This document shows, piece by piece, positions 1-30,969 of a DNA stretch of 64,000 nt (positions are counted from its first letter, which is position 1; the number at the start of each line of letters is the position of its first letter). The position numbers were made by a program, and so were the translations under genes. Source of the DNA: Hormiphora californensis (lineage: Eukaryota > Animalia > Ctenophora); the NCBI GenBank assembly GCA_020137815.1, contig CM035358.1, positions 6,634,001 to 6,698,000 on the forward strand, read 5' to 3'. Under the pieces are notes generated by a model, which had not been told where the DNA came from, ran no database searches, and saw nothing but the letters and a program-made list of their open reading frames with translations.

Positions 1-54
1 GAGAGAGAGAAAGAGAAAGAGATAGAGCGAGAGAGAGAGAGAGAAAGAGAGGGA

Positions 55-99
<45 letters not shown>

Positions 100-106
100 A
101 GAGGGA

Positions 107-138
<32 letters not shown>

Positions 139-170
139 AAGAGACAGAAAGAGAAAAAAAGGAGAGAGAA
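1..170. repeat. (GA)n microsatellite, imperfect
   Basis: Direct GA dinucleotide run. Similar runs lie at ~786-921, 3661-3780, 7188-7233, 23240-23465, 43200-43350, 43661-43758, 44226-44305, 53777-53840 and 56901-56946. Confidence 0.95.
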
Positions 171-782
171 AGAATGTGTGAGAAAAACAATGTTTAAAAA
201 GATGTGTTAGGCTCATATCCAATTGTCATTAGACAGAAATACTACTACATACACAGATAGGGATGCAGCAGATACAAGGGAAATATGTAACAACAAGGGG
301 AGAATGAGAGAAGAGTGAGATACTTGGGTGACGAGAGAGTGAGATACTTGGGTAAGAGAGAGAGAGAGTGAGATACTTTCGGATGATGTCACAACACACA
401 CCCGCTAGTCATGCAGCAGCTCATTTTTAGGATTCCTGAATGTTATTACTGAGCTGTGAGTCGTATGTCATCGCCTATAGTGAGTAGTGAAGTAGGTACT
501 TTTGTTACAAATATTGGGTTTGCCTAGTTGTACATATTGGTACATATTATAATCAGATGGGTGTATGCTTCCGTTACTTTTTACTTTTTAGTTTCAATGC
601 CGATAGTAAACCACTATCATAACGGCTATAATTATTATCCTTGAACTATGCCCTAATTATGTCTGTCTGCTGTCTGGTATAGATAATCGTTTTGTCGTTG
701 CCATCTCTATAACGTCCAATCCTTAATTCTTCTCTTTCTCCCGTCTCGATCTGAATATTCATTTCCTTGTCCTTTACTACGG

Positions 783-851
<69 letters not shown>

Positions 852-1170
852 TGAGAGAGAGTGAGAGAGAGTGAGAGAGAGAGAGAGAAAGATAGGGAGA
901 AAGAGAGAGAGAGAGAGAGAGAAGGAGATCTAAAGTAAGGATGAGAAAAGAAGAGACGTCTATTAATGATATGCAGAAATAGCTTTCTTAGCAAACTATT
1001 GAGGACCACTACAATGCATCATCTCTCTATTAAGAAAAGCACGCTATTACGGACAGACAGACGGACATCTGTTATAGAGACAAATGGAGAATAATAGTTA
1101 GTCCACATGGTATCAAGGATCAATTATGAGAAGATCTCAGCTAGATAGCGGATCAGTACAATTGAATGTG

Positions 1171-1234
1171 TACTAAAATGAACAAATAGTCCCGACTCTA
1201 CTAGTAGAGTCGGGACTATTTGTTCATTTTAGTA
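1171..1234. repeat. Perfect 64-bp spacerless palindrome
   Basis: TACTAAAATGAACAAATAGTCCCGACTCTACT is followed immediately by its exact reverse complement. Confidence 0.95.
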
Positions 1235-1433
1235 GCTACGGCGACTCATGTGCATGCAGTAACCTAATAAGAGTAATAAGAGGAAACAAAGGATAAAAAC
1301 GTGACTCAACCTGCCTGATACCAACTTAACTTTTCAGATATTAACTCACCCTATAACTGAAAATTACTCACCCTAGATATTGTAACAACCTCTCTGACTC
1401 ACCCTAGTTAACATAACAATCTCTCCAACTCAC

Positions 1434-4400
1434 CCTATAACAGGTTTCAACACAGGAAGTTCAGTTATTTCCTCTTCCTCCTCCTCTTCCGAGCAACCCT
1501 AAAATAAAAACAATTAAAACTTGGCGTGAATTAGGAGTTACTGAATTATTCTGGGATAAGCTCTAAATAAATATTTTCGAATATTTTCGTGACTTTCAAG
1601 ATATACTTTTATTTGGACACTCTAAATATCTCCAGAGGCTGATCTCATAGTCAGGGCATATGATGACAAAATATGGGCATAATTGTTATCAAGCTAATTT
1701 CACTTCTAGTAGGCTCTATTAGGTCCCTAGAAACACCAAAAAAATTGGCCGCGGTTTTATCAATGAAGAAGTTGGGTTTTTGGGCCACGCCCTTTTACCT
1801 ATGTTTTTAGCCTTCTGGCGAAAACCAAAACGGGGCTTAGGAAAGGAGTAGAGACAAATCTAAGGACACTAAAATGTGTAGCGTCCTCACATTAGTGGGG
1901 GTAGGTGCGGAAATTAAGTCTCTATCTCATCTGGTTAATTAGATAATTGGATAATTAGATATGCGCATTGCGCATAACCGTATTTTGGCTATATGGCTAT
2001 AGCCACTTAGGAATGGTTTAGACACTTTTCACTGGTGCCATTTTGTAGGCAATAGCCAAGTTATGGGGGGTCCACGTCGAACTTTTAAGCTCTATCTCCA
2101 ACCGTTTGGCCGCTATTTGGCTTTAAAGATGCTCAAAATCGGGCTTTTTACCGTTTTTTGCTCATTTTGAGCATCTTTAATGCCAAATAGCGGTCAAACG
2201 GTTGGAGATAGAGCTTAAAAGTTCGACGTCGACCCCCCATAACTTGGCTATTGCCTACAAGATGGCACCAGTGAAAAGTCTCTAACCCATTCCTAAGTGG
2301 CTATAGCCATTTAGCCAAAATACGGTTATGCGCATATCTAATTATCCAATTATCTAATTAACCAGATGAGATAGAGACTTAATTTCCGCACCTACCCCCA
2401 CTAATGCGAGGACGCTACACATTTTAGTGTCCTAAGATTTGTCTCTACTCCTTTCCTAAGCCCCGTTTTGGGTTTCGTCAGAAGGCTAAAAACATAGGTA
2501 AAAGGGCGTGGCCCAAAAACCCAACTTCTTCATTGATAAAACCGCGGCCAATTTTTTTGGTGTTTCTAGGGACCTAATAGAGCCTACTAGAAGTGAAATT
2601 AGCTTGATAACAATTATGCCCATTTTTAATTTATTTTGGCATCATATGCCCTGACTATCAAGAATTTGTAAAGTTTTAGTAAACTAAAAAGTATAAACCT
2701 TTGATGAGAGGCGTTTTAGTTTGAACTTGTAAGAATGTGGGTGTGCTGATATAATGATGGAACCCCCATTTGGACGGGAGGACCATCCTAGAAACATCTT
2801 AAACAGGGCACGAATAGTCTAGAACTAGTTTAAACAGAGACCATATTTCAAAAACAATATATCAAGGTACTAGTGGAGCTGTTTCAAAAACAGGATCGAG
2901 AATAGTATTCTTTGTACAAAAACGGACGACTATAATTGGAGTCAAACCGCAATTTACCGGAACCTTGATTTACCGGAACATTGATTTACCTGACCTTGAT
3001 TTACCGGAACCTTGATTACGCGTACATAAACCTTGTTAAATGTTCTAACCCTTCTTTACATCTCCGCGGGCGGAGCGCACAGAAAGAGGGTCGAGCAAGG
3101 CAAAATTTTCCCCCGAGATGCCCGGTAAATCGAGGTTTGACTGAGCTTCAAAGGCAACATCCAACAAATGCACTGGTTATTTTTTTAGCAACTTGGCTAC
3201 CTATACTTTGCTGCAAGTGCAGCAATAAATTAGGATATTTTCTTGGAGGGTTTCGGTACTCGGTCGCCCACGTACGAATAGCGAATAGTAGGCTCAACAA
3301 ATAGTAGCTCTCGCGAACAATAGCTCTCACGGATACTATTCGACAGTCGAATAGTAGTAGGTTAGAAATAGTAAGAAACGAAGTAGTTTACAGTGCTGCT
3401 TGTAGTCAAATTACCGTAATGAAAATACAGTAAGGAGACGCGCGGCAAAAAGTGCATGTGTTCAGCACTTACTACGGTTGCGTGTCGTCTTACTGTATCT
3501 CAGTTTTCCATTACCGTTTTCCCACTACAAGCGACCGTGTTAGCCCAGCAATTACAAGAGTGAGTCGGGGGCAAAGGAGGGTGAATGAAAAGCAACGGAG
3601 CAAGATATGATATTCGTATGCAACGGGGGTGTAGGCAAATGCAGGTTTCACTATTTACCCCTCTCTTTCTTTACCTTTCTCTCTATCTTTCTCTCTATCT
3701 TTCTCTCTCTCTCTCTCACACACACACTCTCTCTCTCTCTCTCTCTCACTCTTTCTCTTTCTCTCTCTCTCTCCCTCTCTTTTCCTGGTTCCTCGGGCCC
3801 TACTAAACATAGCATTTACAAAGAAGCAGTTAGACCTAAGCATTATATATTTGTCATTATTTTTCTCGTGAGTTTCAACCCCCATGTCTCTTCGGCAGCG
3901 CTTTCTTAACCCGCACAGCCTACTCTATTACTTTTTCCTTCTCACGACCAACAGGTCAGACTCGGATCCATATTCCGTATCTTATAGTATCGGGATACCA
4001 AACTTTTGTCATATTATCTCATAATTCCCATGTCACGCTCTAAATCTTTGGATCACGTTTTAGAAAATGTTACAACAATACTATAGAATCCGACAACAGT
4101 GCTCAGACTAGCCAGATATAGAAATTCATGGGAGTAGCTGTATCACTATAGTTCTCAGTTCTTTCGATCCCATCCAATCGCTTCGAGGGAGGGGGGTGGA
4201 GGGGGCAAAGCTTGACAAATAAAACCAACAATTGTGTGATTTTTGAAGGTGGTTTATAATAAAGGCATGGGTGCAGACATAGAAGAGTCATTTTAATTTT
4301 AGTCAATTAATGGCTGCCTAGAATTAGAAAATGTCGTCGCTTCGACGGAATTAATTAAACGCAAAGTTTTTGTTTTATGCAGACAGGAGACAAAACGGGA

Positions 4401-7184
4401 GGTTTTCGTTGGAAATAACGCACTAAAACGAGAATATGCAAATTTAGGAGTTCCGGGCCCAGGCCAATTCCGACCATTTTATTTAAAAAAAGAGATGCAT
4501 ATAAAATGAACTTTAAATTTGGGACAAACGGGCTATTTGTACGTAATTTTAGCCTGCAATGCACGAGAATCATAGCGCTGGCAAGCGCCCGGGGCCATCT
4601 GAATAACAATGTCTTACCTCTAAAATGGTGGATACATCAGGTCGGAGTTGGGCTCCAGTTTGTAGCAACTGCATGCTCATTAGGTGTTTACTGGACATCA
4701 CTTTAGCCCTCCATTCCACATCACTCTCGTCAGACGAGGATACTAGATAGAAGAATAGGTGTACTGGTAGTGGGTTAGTGTGGAGAAATAGGTGTACTGG
4801 TAGTGAGTTAGTGTGGGGACTGGGGAGGGGTGAGGAAATCAATCGGGAATCAAACGATGGAGAATTAGGAGAGAATGAAGGGGCGAACCCTATACAATAT
4901 ACACCCAAGAAGTAGGCGTAGAGGGTTTGTAGAATACGATTAGATGGTACAATTTGTACTATAACAATGACATACAACAGGTACATTAGTACACCAATAG
5001 GGCGGCACAAGTGCGACACATACAATACTGATTAGTGAGACCCCGATTTAACAGGGGAAATCGCCCTAGCATCCCGGTAAATCGGGATCTGTACTAGTAC
5101 CGAGGTAGACGTGAGTTATGAACCGGAGGATTTTACTATGTAAACAGCTGATTATAGGTAGACAGAGAGAGGTAGACAGCTATAAAGTGGCTAAACAGAA
5201 AAAACGTAGTACAGACAGACAGACAGACCACAGTACTCAGTACAAGCACACAAACGGAGAATGGAGATACCGACATTCAAACGCACAAACTGACACGCAA
5301 ACGGACAAAAAGGTACTAACCAGGGGACGAGGCATCATTGATTATCTTTGCAATTACAGGTGACATTTTAGCCGAACTAGGTCCCGGTTTCTCATCCCCT
5401 TCCCAATTCAAACTAGCTGGTCTCTTAGGAGCACTTTTAGAGGAGGGTGCTGGTCTTTCAGGCGTACTGGTCAGTACCTTGGAGGACATAACTTTCTCAT
5501 TTGGTTGCCGTTCTGGTGTGACAACTTTTTCGGTTTTTAGAAGAGACGAAGAATCGAATACATCATCATTGGATTCTTGATCTGGAGTTTTCGTTTCGAT
5601 ATCTGTCTTATCTTTTGTCTCCCCTTTTCCACAGATGTGGTCTGAGCCACTAACACTGTTAGTAACAGCAATTGGAGAGTCGTCCACGAGACTGGCCGGG
5701 GGTAACTGTTTCATTGGTGAAATTGTAAAGAATTGAGTTTCATTCAATGAATTGTTATTGTCTGATGAATTTTCCGGCTTGTTTTCTTTCTCCTCTTCTT
5801 CTTTTTCTAGGAGGACGCTGTTTTTCTCTTCATTTTGGACCACCTCCGCCTTATCCAGCGAGACTGGAGATCTCTTGGTTTTCTTTAGAGAACCCCAGTT
5901 CTTTATTTCAGGCTCTGCTACCATCTCTCTCAGAGAGTCGCTCTTCTGCACTTCTGCTTCCATCTCTCTACAAGGTGCGTCCATAGTGACGAACTCTAAG
6001 CTACCCCTCTTCTTTTCTGGAACAGGATCGACTGCTGGAACATTGTTATTTTCCTGCTGTGACGTGTTTTTATTTTCAGAATTGTCAACCTGCCCCTCTG
6101 GAGACTGGCCAACAATTTCCGGTTTAGTCTTGATGATGGGATCCTCAGATAGTGATGTTTTCTGATCACAGATTTTATTGGATTTCTGATCGTCATTCAG
6201 GTAACTAGACTTTCGGAATGGTTCAGGGGTGCTTGCAGTAGAAATCCTAGGACTTGCAAAGGCACTGTCCAGACTCGTCAGACTTGGGACCCGGACCTGT
6301 TTAGGTGTTCCTGTGATACTCTCCTGGACGGGGGAGGAGAATTGGGTGTTAGAGTATATTGTGGTAGGAGAAAATAGTATATTGATAATTGAAACCCCCC
6401 AAATATGGTCATGGGTCATGACCATATTTGGTAATGGATCATGACCACATATAGTTGGAACAATACATGAACACCGAACAATTGTGGTACTTCATAGTTC
6501 CTTCCTCTCTTTTGTTCTGATCCCAATATCTCGGTGCACTCACTATACATGATATTACTATTCTTTCTACATCAATTCTCCCTCTCCACATGTTAAGTAA
6601 ACCTTACTATCTCACTAACATTTCCCCCTACATCCCTACCTCAAAAGATTCATCAGCATCGCATCCCGAATCTTCTGAATCGTATTTCTTTAGCGTCACA
6701 TTCTCTGGTCGTTCCACCGCACCATAAGAAACTCTCCTGTAGTGGTGGGTGATACTGTCAGTGGTAGTTGCAGAATGCAGTGGCGTGGTGAGAGAGGGTG
6801 ATACAGTCAGTCAGGGAATGGGTTGCTCTAACTGGGGAACGGTGAGAGTGGCTGAGAGCGTTGCAGAATTGAGGAAGGGTAACAGCCCGGTGTATGGGTG
6901 CAAATTTTTGTTCAAATTAGAAATTAGACTTTTTATTTGACTGGATATGATCGTGGAAAGAGAGTATGGAGGAAGGCCAAAGGGAGATATGAGATGAGAT
7001 AAAATGAGATGGAGATAGAGAGAGGGATAGAGAGAGAGAGGGAGGGACGGTATAATGAGAGAAAGAACACCTGAGAAGGGCTAAATTTGTAACAGATGTG
7101 TAACTCAATACTACGGCAACGAGAAAAGATGAGAGATAGGGGATATGTGAAGAGAGGAAGAGAAGAGAAATAAAGAAAAGAAAA

Positions 7185-7236
<52 letters not shown>

Positions 7237-8681
7237 CCACACACCTGACAACATGGTTGTTCCCCACCTCCGCACCAGATGAAGACGGTGTCGGGGGTAA
7301 GGACCGTCGGGAGAAAGATGCAGTTGCACTCGCCATCACTCCCGCCTTCTTCAAAGATTGGATCCTGGCACGGAGGGTCGGGATGACTTCTTCCTCCTCA
7401 TCATTCCCTTCTTTCTTTCCTATCACTGAGAGAAGGAAGGATCCATTATAAGAACTGTATTGGGCGCTACATACAGGAACTGTATGAGTGCTGTCTCTGA
7501 GAGAGGGAAGGACCCAATTATATAGGAACTCTATTGAGTGCTGAATAAAGACAGCAATTAGTATGCAGACTGCTACTAGGAGAGAGAGAAAGTGAGCCCA
7601 GCACAAGCAACTTTGCATAATTTCGCAGCATATTGGCATCCTATTGGGTCCTGAGTTTATCCCATTATCGGCCTTAAGGGGGTTCATTTCTTCCACGCTG
7701 AGCACCTGATTTTGAACGATAAACTGGTGGAGAAGTTTGTAATGGTTGGGTACTACAGGATTGCGTGTAGTTTTGGCAACGCTTTAACAGAGGACTCTTT
7801 GGAGATAAAGAGAGGATTAGGTTAGCAAACTCTACTGGTACTTGGGAGTTAGCGTACGATAAGTGATTTTCGGTCAGCAATATGGCATACATGGTCTGAG
7901 TTACTTTACCAGCTGATGAAACGATTAAAACTGGTTGGATGAGGTTTGTATGAAGGTTTGTGTACAGAGGTTGCCGGTAGTAAAGGTTTTGGCTCAACGG
8001 TTTTGGCACGAGGTTTGCTTGGTAGATACATGGGGAGGGATTTAGGTTCATCAAAACATATCTCTGGTTCTTCGTTTTGTTTTGGTACGGATGGAAGGGA
8101 TTTTGGGGGCTCAGTTTCTTCTAAAGAAAGAGCAGCCTCCAGTGCACCGTAGATGTTACTTTTACCAAATACACTCCGTTTTATTGGTTCACTTGTTTTT
8201 ACCTCAGAGCCATCACTGAAGAATTGGAGGGATATGTTACAAAACAATCAGTGAAGTATGCAATATGAGAGCAATGGGTATTTATCGCAGCACTGTGAGA
8301 GAGAAGGTCGACAAGTGTTTACCTTGCCTTGATGGAATAAACAACTTTTGTCACTGAACTCCGACGTCTAGCAGGAGGGGGCGGAACCGTCGGTGAGTCT
8401 GAGCCAAATTTTGATTTTGCACTGGGTGTCAGGAGGGAAAGCACATCAAGCGGTTCAGAGGAGGGTATGTAAGAGGAGTGGCGATTATTCATAGCGGAGC
8501 ATCTCGGTCGACTGTAATCTGAAAAGAAAGGGATTAACCCATTACGATATAATCAGCCGATACTCCTGATAGTCAAATAATCATTGTGAATGTCAAACTA
8601 TCACTAAACTACTTAACCACCATTTAAAGGGCTCTTACCAGTGGCAGTGGCGCTGTTTGTTCTGTTGAAGGAACGACTCAT
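1434..8681 (-). CDS. Multi-exon gene for a large low-complexity Ser/Pro/Glu/Lys-rich protein; probably continues left of the window
   Basis: GT-AG exons read on the minus strand: ~8681-8639 (MSRSFNRTNSATAT), ~8518-8324, ~8216-7910, ~7795-7707 (uncertain), ~7425-7268, ~6736-6640, 6323-5321, ~4742-4618 and ~1498-1434. Phases agree for the first three junctions. No recognisable domain. Confidence 0.65.
1650..2655. mobile_element. Foldback/large MITE with ~490-bp inverted arms, flanked by TA
   Basis: GTCAGGGCATATGATG...CTAGAAACACC (from 1650) is mirrored by GGTGTTTCTAG...CATCATATGCCCTGAC (to 2655). Short spacer at ~2141-2164. No ORF. Confidence 0.85.
3391..3540. mobile_element. Short MITE-like repeat with a second copy at ~41422-41602
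   Basis: Both loci share CAGTGC.GCTTGTAGT...AATGAAAATACAGTAA...TTACTGTAT...ACTACAAGCGACCGT with terminal inverted similarity. Confidence 0.7.
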
Positions 8682-9471
8682 ATCACAATATCAAGGACAA
8701 TAACAAACAAACATTCTCTGTGACTGAAGGGAGGGGATAATTATTACTCATTGGTTGTCTAACTGAATGAAAAGAGTGCGTGAGGGCTCACGTCTTACAG
8801 GTCACGCGGTCAAGACCGGTTGAAATGTCAAATTTCATTCATATATGAGCCAATTATGCAAGCCTAATGACCCATGAACCTCTGAACAAACATACCCCGT
8901 CACAGAGACTGGTTAAAGGGTCGTTGTTGTTTGATAAAAAGAGAGCTGAGAGATTTGAAAAACTCCCGTTTGCCAAAGAGATTTTAAACTGTGCACAAAA
9001 TTTCACGCCGCGCACAACCGAAAAAGAAAAGCTGCAGTGCTTAAACAGATAACTTTCGCGCGTTACAACAAAAGCGCCGCATTCTTCTTCTCAATGTCGC
9101 GGTTTTAAGAAAAAAAATTTTTGACGCGAAGGATTTTTTTAGATTTTGCGCCATAAAATAAACATTTTTGAGATTTTGCGCCATAACTTACTTGTGAAGG
9201 GCGCCGTTACGATCTGGGTGTTTGGTGACCTGTTTACAGGTACGCGCTGCCAAAAAATTACCCTGCACTAAAACGGCTCTAACCGCCAAACCACTCAACC
9301 GTTTTGGCTGACCACTTGTGAAATGGTGCCCTTGTTCATGGTTTTACCAAATGTTTATGTAGCATATGTCAATCAAAGATTCAGCCTTCAAAATATTTCT
9401 GCACTCTGCTTTCCTTGATTTATGATTAAATTAGTTCATCTAAACATGTTCCCAAACTTTAGAGAGTCGCT
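8682..9471. promoter_or_regulatory. Probable divergent promoter region between the minus-strand gene and the BTB-PIH1D2-AHI1 cluster
   Basis: Head-to-head start codons ~790 bp apart; local CGCG/GCGCC enrichment, with AGATTTTGCGCCATAA occurring twice at ~9141-9187. Confidence 0.45.
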
Positions 9472-11058
9472 ATGGTGCTACAAATCTGCACAGTACCCTT
9501 GAACTTTGGTAGACACTACCTGGAGTTACGGGGGCTTAACGATCTACAGCTCATCTGCAGTGGAGGTGAAGTTGTCCGAACCAGTTCATTTCCCTTGGCT
9601 ATAAACAGCTTGGTGGTGTCAGAGTTGGTAGGTGAACTACAAATGAAAGAACTCGACATGGAAGAGTTTTCCCATTCCTCCGTCCAATGTTTTGTTGAAG
9701 CTTGTTACACCGGATCTTTGATTCTCACCAGGGAAAACTTTCGGGAGGTTAACAAACTTAGTGCAGTGTTCAAGGTTCAATGGATGATAGACGAGTGTCT
9801 AAAATTCTACACCGATCTCTGCTCGGAGCTGACAACAGGATCGCTTGAGGCGGCATGGTTTTTGTTTCAGGAAGCTGGGTACATCCTCAAGGAGAGGAAC
9901 AACAAAGACCTGCAGCTTGCTCTGAACAACTGTCTGGGAGAATTGTCTGACCTCCGATTGTCGCTGGTGAAAGATTTCACCTCCCGTGATCCCAACAAAC
10001 AGGAGTTTGTGTACACAGATCTGTGTATTTCCCTGGCTGGCAGATCAATCACGGTTCTGTTTGAATGGCTTATTACATTGGTCGAGAGCAAGACCCCTCC
10101 TGTGAAGCTTAGTGGTGTTGAGAAACGGTTACTGACGTCCGAAACACTGACCCTTTGTTTCCAAGAGGATCCTAAATTGTACCAGAAGTTGGTTAAAACT
10201 TTTCAACTTTCTTTGTCAAAGGAAGACCTTGCTTCCTTGTTTTCGGAATTCTCTTTGATTGTGGTCAATTTTATGTCAGCTGCATCCACTCCCTCGAGCA
10301 GTTCCCAGGACAGTCCTCGGCAGATAGTTTATCCAATTGAAGTACCAGCTTTTGGAGGGTGTGCAACATTTCTTGATGCTGTTAAAATAATTGATGAGGA
10401 ACCTAGAATTAATTCATGTGTCCAGTTTGTATCTTCTCTGCACTACTGTTGTGACGTGTATGGTGACACATCTTCACCGGAGATAGTTGATGCAGTAACA
10501 GCAGCGATGGAAAAGCGAAGTAAGAACTCTACCCGCGTGGTCTCACGTATAGTTGAATTGTTGCTATCAAATACTTATCCCAAAATTACCGAGGTTTTGG
10601 GATGGAGCAAAGACAATAAGACGTGTTACCTTGTCGGCCATTGGACAGATATAAAGCCGTTGAAAATGCCATTACAGTACTCCAAACATGTGTTCCTCGA
10701 CCTGCATGACGGACCAAGTTACTGTGCTGAAAACACAAAAGGATCAAACAGAAGATGCAAGGTTGCAGTCGACGTTTCTCTCAAGTTCAAAGATGATCAT
10801 TCCTGGCCAGTTGTTACTCTAGAGTTGGTGACGGATCAAGCAGCTTTAGATACTCAAACGAAAGCTCATTTTCACCAAGACCATGAATTTCTACGGGAAA
10901 TTTTTGTTATGGGCTCTAGTGATGGATTGTGGGTCCCTTTTATCATCTGTAATGATCTAGATACACCAACTGCTTCAATTCTTGAGTTCTACAAGAAATG
11001 CAACCATTCTACTAAAATTGGGATCTTTGTATGGTTGCCTCGTCAGAAACTTCTTTAG
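9472..11058 (+). CDS. Single-exon protein with an N-terminal BTB/POZ domain (528 aa)
   Basis: NDLQLICSGGEVVRTSSFPLAINS...LDMEEFSHSSVQCFVEACYTGSLILTRENFREVNKLSAVFKVQWMIDEC fits the BTB pattern. Uninterrupted ORF. Confidence 0.8.
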   Translation: MVLQICTVPLNFGRHYLELRGLNDLQLICSGGEVVRTSSFPLAINSLVVSELVGELQMKELDMEEFSHSSVQCFVEACYTGSLILTRENFREVNKLSAVFKVQWMIDECLKFYTDLCSELTTGSLEAAWFLFQEAGYILKERNNKDLQLALNNCLGELSDLRLSLVKDFTSRDPNKQEFVYTDLCISLAGRSITVLFEWLITLVESKTPPVKLSGVEKRLLTSETLTLCFQEDPKLYQKLVKTFQLSLSKEDLASLFSEFSLIVVNFMSAASTPSSSSQDSPRQIVYPIEVPAFGGCATFLDAVKIIDEEPRINSCVQFVSSLHYCCDVYGDTSSPEIVDAVTAAMEKRSKNSTRVVSRIVELLLSNTYPKITEVLGWSKDNKTCYLVGHWTDIKPLKMPLQYSKHVFLDLHDGPSYCAENTKGSNRRCKVAVDVSLKFKDDHSWPVVTLELVTDQAALDTQTKAHFHQDHEFLREIFVMGSSDGLWVPFIICNDLDTPTASILEFYKKCNHSTKIGIFVWLPRQKLL

Positions 11059-11707
11059 CAAGTTTAGTGTTCTTCTTAGAAGTGAATAGGTTGCTGTTAT
11101 TTTTCCCTACCTGGACGACTGCCGTAGGCAATCACCCGATTTCCTTTTTGCTTTTAATCGAAATATACTAAGTCACTGCACTTGTAGAGAGATAAAAATT
11201 ACCCACTTTTGGTTGTGAGGGACAACGTGCACCGCGAATCCAGTGCGGAAATTGTGTCATTCAGACTGATCGCATACACTCCTTCCTATATCGTAGTGGA
11301 AGCTCTTACGGTTTTTTCGCACGGGTGCGGCTCGAATTCTGCTCTGTGATTGCATACTATAATAGCTGTTACTATGTGACATAGTAACTTTACTGCTAAT
11401 AGTAATACAAACAGCGGCTAATTAGTTCATCAACTGTCTCGTCTCACGTTTCAGTATCCAATTTTAAGCGGTCACATCACGATGATGATCACCTGTCAAT
11501 GTCTCTCCTGAGTCTGACCTTGGTCTTCGAGTCAGGGAAATACAGCCCTATGAATAAATAGTGCAAATATATATTCTTGTTTTGAAAAATGTTTTTATTT
11601 TTAAAAGATTTGTAAAAATACAGCTATTATCATTTTGCTTCCCATCATCCTGCTTTCCGATCAATTTTACCCATTTCACTTTTTTAGTGCAACAGTTGAG
11701 AGCTATC

Positions 11708-12625
11708 ATGGACAACGATCGCATGATGAAAGAGGCTGATAAGATCATGAAAATGTTAGATGATATGCATGAGAGCAACCCCGAGGAGTACAAGACCTTC
11801 ATCGAAAAGACTCTGAAGGAAGGACGACAGGAAAGTGAATCAAGACGTGCGGAGTTTCGATTTTGTATCCGAGCCCATGATACCTCTACAAAACTAAAAC
11901 ATTTCATCAATGTGTGCAGTTTTCCAGCAGTACCGGCTCCTAAAACAGATAATGATCCCATATCTGTGTACGGAGGGACGGGGCTAAGGGAGAAGGTCGG
12001 TGAAGATACAATTGTTATAGATTTTCTGGGAATTAATCCAAAGGTTCTCGATGAGATCGGTGAAGATAAACAACTGACAAAGATGTTGTTACACTTGGCA
12101 ATCAACTATTACAACGATACTCAGAAGTACAAGTTGTCATTTGAGTGTGGGATCTCCAAAAAGATGGTTGGGAAAGAACACCACCTGCATGCAGCATTTG
12201 CCGTTAAACCACGGGCTGAACAACCCAAAACAACCCCTGATCCCGGTGATGTGAAACTGCCCTTTCAAATGGCAGATGAATCAGACTCCATTCTTCCTAA
12301 TTTAACTCTCAATGGTACTCAACCTATGAAACAGGAAGGTTTAATATCAGAGGTGAATTCAACATCTCGCTCTATCAAATTCGAGTCAGAGATTTTAAGT
12401 GAGCCTAAAGAGTGCGTAAAAATGAGGGCCAAGGTCGATTTTATCAATTCTATCTCTGATCTTGACCTGGAGGTCCTAGATGGAGTTCTGGTCCTCACAG
12501 TTGACAGTTTTTCGGTTTCCCGCCATAAAATTCCCCAAGGTCACCGAGTGGTGGAGGATAGCGCCAGGGCTAAACTCAGCAAATCTAAAACACTGACCAT
12601 CACTTTTGAACTTCTTCCGAGTTGA
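11708..12625 (+). CDS. PIH1D2: PIH1 domain-containing protein 2 (R2TP-like co-chaperone for axonemal dynein assembly)
   Basis: KMLDDMHESNPEEYKTFIEKTLKEG...FCIR...FINVCSFPAVPAPK matches the PIH1D2 N-terminus. The C-terminus is CS-like (SISDLDLEV...DSARAKLSKSKTLTIT). The first ATG after a TTTTTAG acceptor is at 11708. Confidence 0.85.
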   Translation: MDNDRMMKEADKIMKMLDDMHESNPEEYKTFIEKTLKEGRQESESRRAEFRFCIRAHDTSTKLKHFINVCSFPAVPAPKTDNDPISVYGGTGLREKVGEDTIVIDFLGINPKVLDEIGEDKQLTKMLLHLAINYYNDTQKYKLSFECGISKKMVGKEHHLHAAFAVKPRAEQPKTTPDPGDVKLPFQMADESDSILPNLTLNGTQPMKQEGLISEVNSTSRSIKFESEILSEPKECVKMRAKVDFINSISDLDLEVLDGVLVLTVDSFSVSRHKIPQGHRVVEDSARAKLSKSKTLTITFELLPS

Positions 12626-12758
12626 TTATTGTGATATTTGAATTAAAAACTGTACCTTTTATTCATCTGTTTTTTGTATAAAGTTTAAAAGTTTTACTTT
12701 ATTTGTCCTCTATCTCCCTTATTACCACTATAATTATTAATTTAATTACTAATTTAGC

Positions 12759-30865
<18,107 letters not shown>

Positions 30866-30969
30866 GTGTGACACACTTAGTGTGTTCCTCGGGGTTCATG
30901 TCCTAATCATTTTTCTCTACAATCCAATTCCATTGATATGTTAATATGGGGAATAATGAGGACTAGATA

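Noticed and set aside
11100-11400. GC-richer intergenic stretch considered as an ncRNA or SL RNA gene
   Set aside because: No tRNA, snRNA or SL RNA hallmarks were recognisable; an Infernal/Rfam search would be needed.
11561-11707. N-terminal extension of the PIH1D2 ORF in the ORF track
   Set aside because: It has a non-ATG start and AT/pyrimidine-rich intron-like sequence ending in an AG acceptor; homology starts at ATG 11708.
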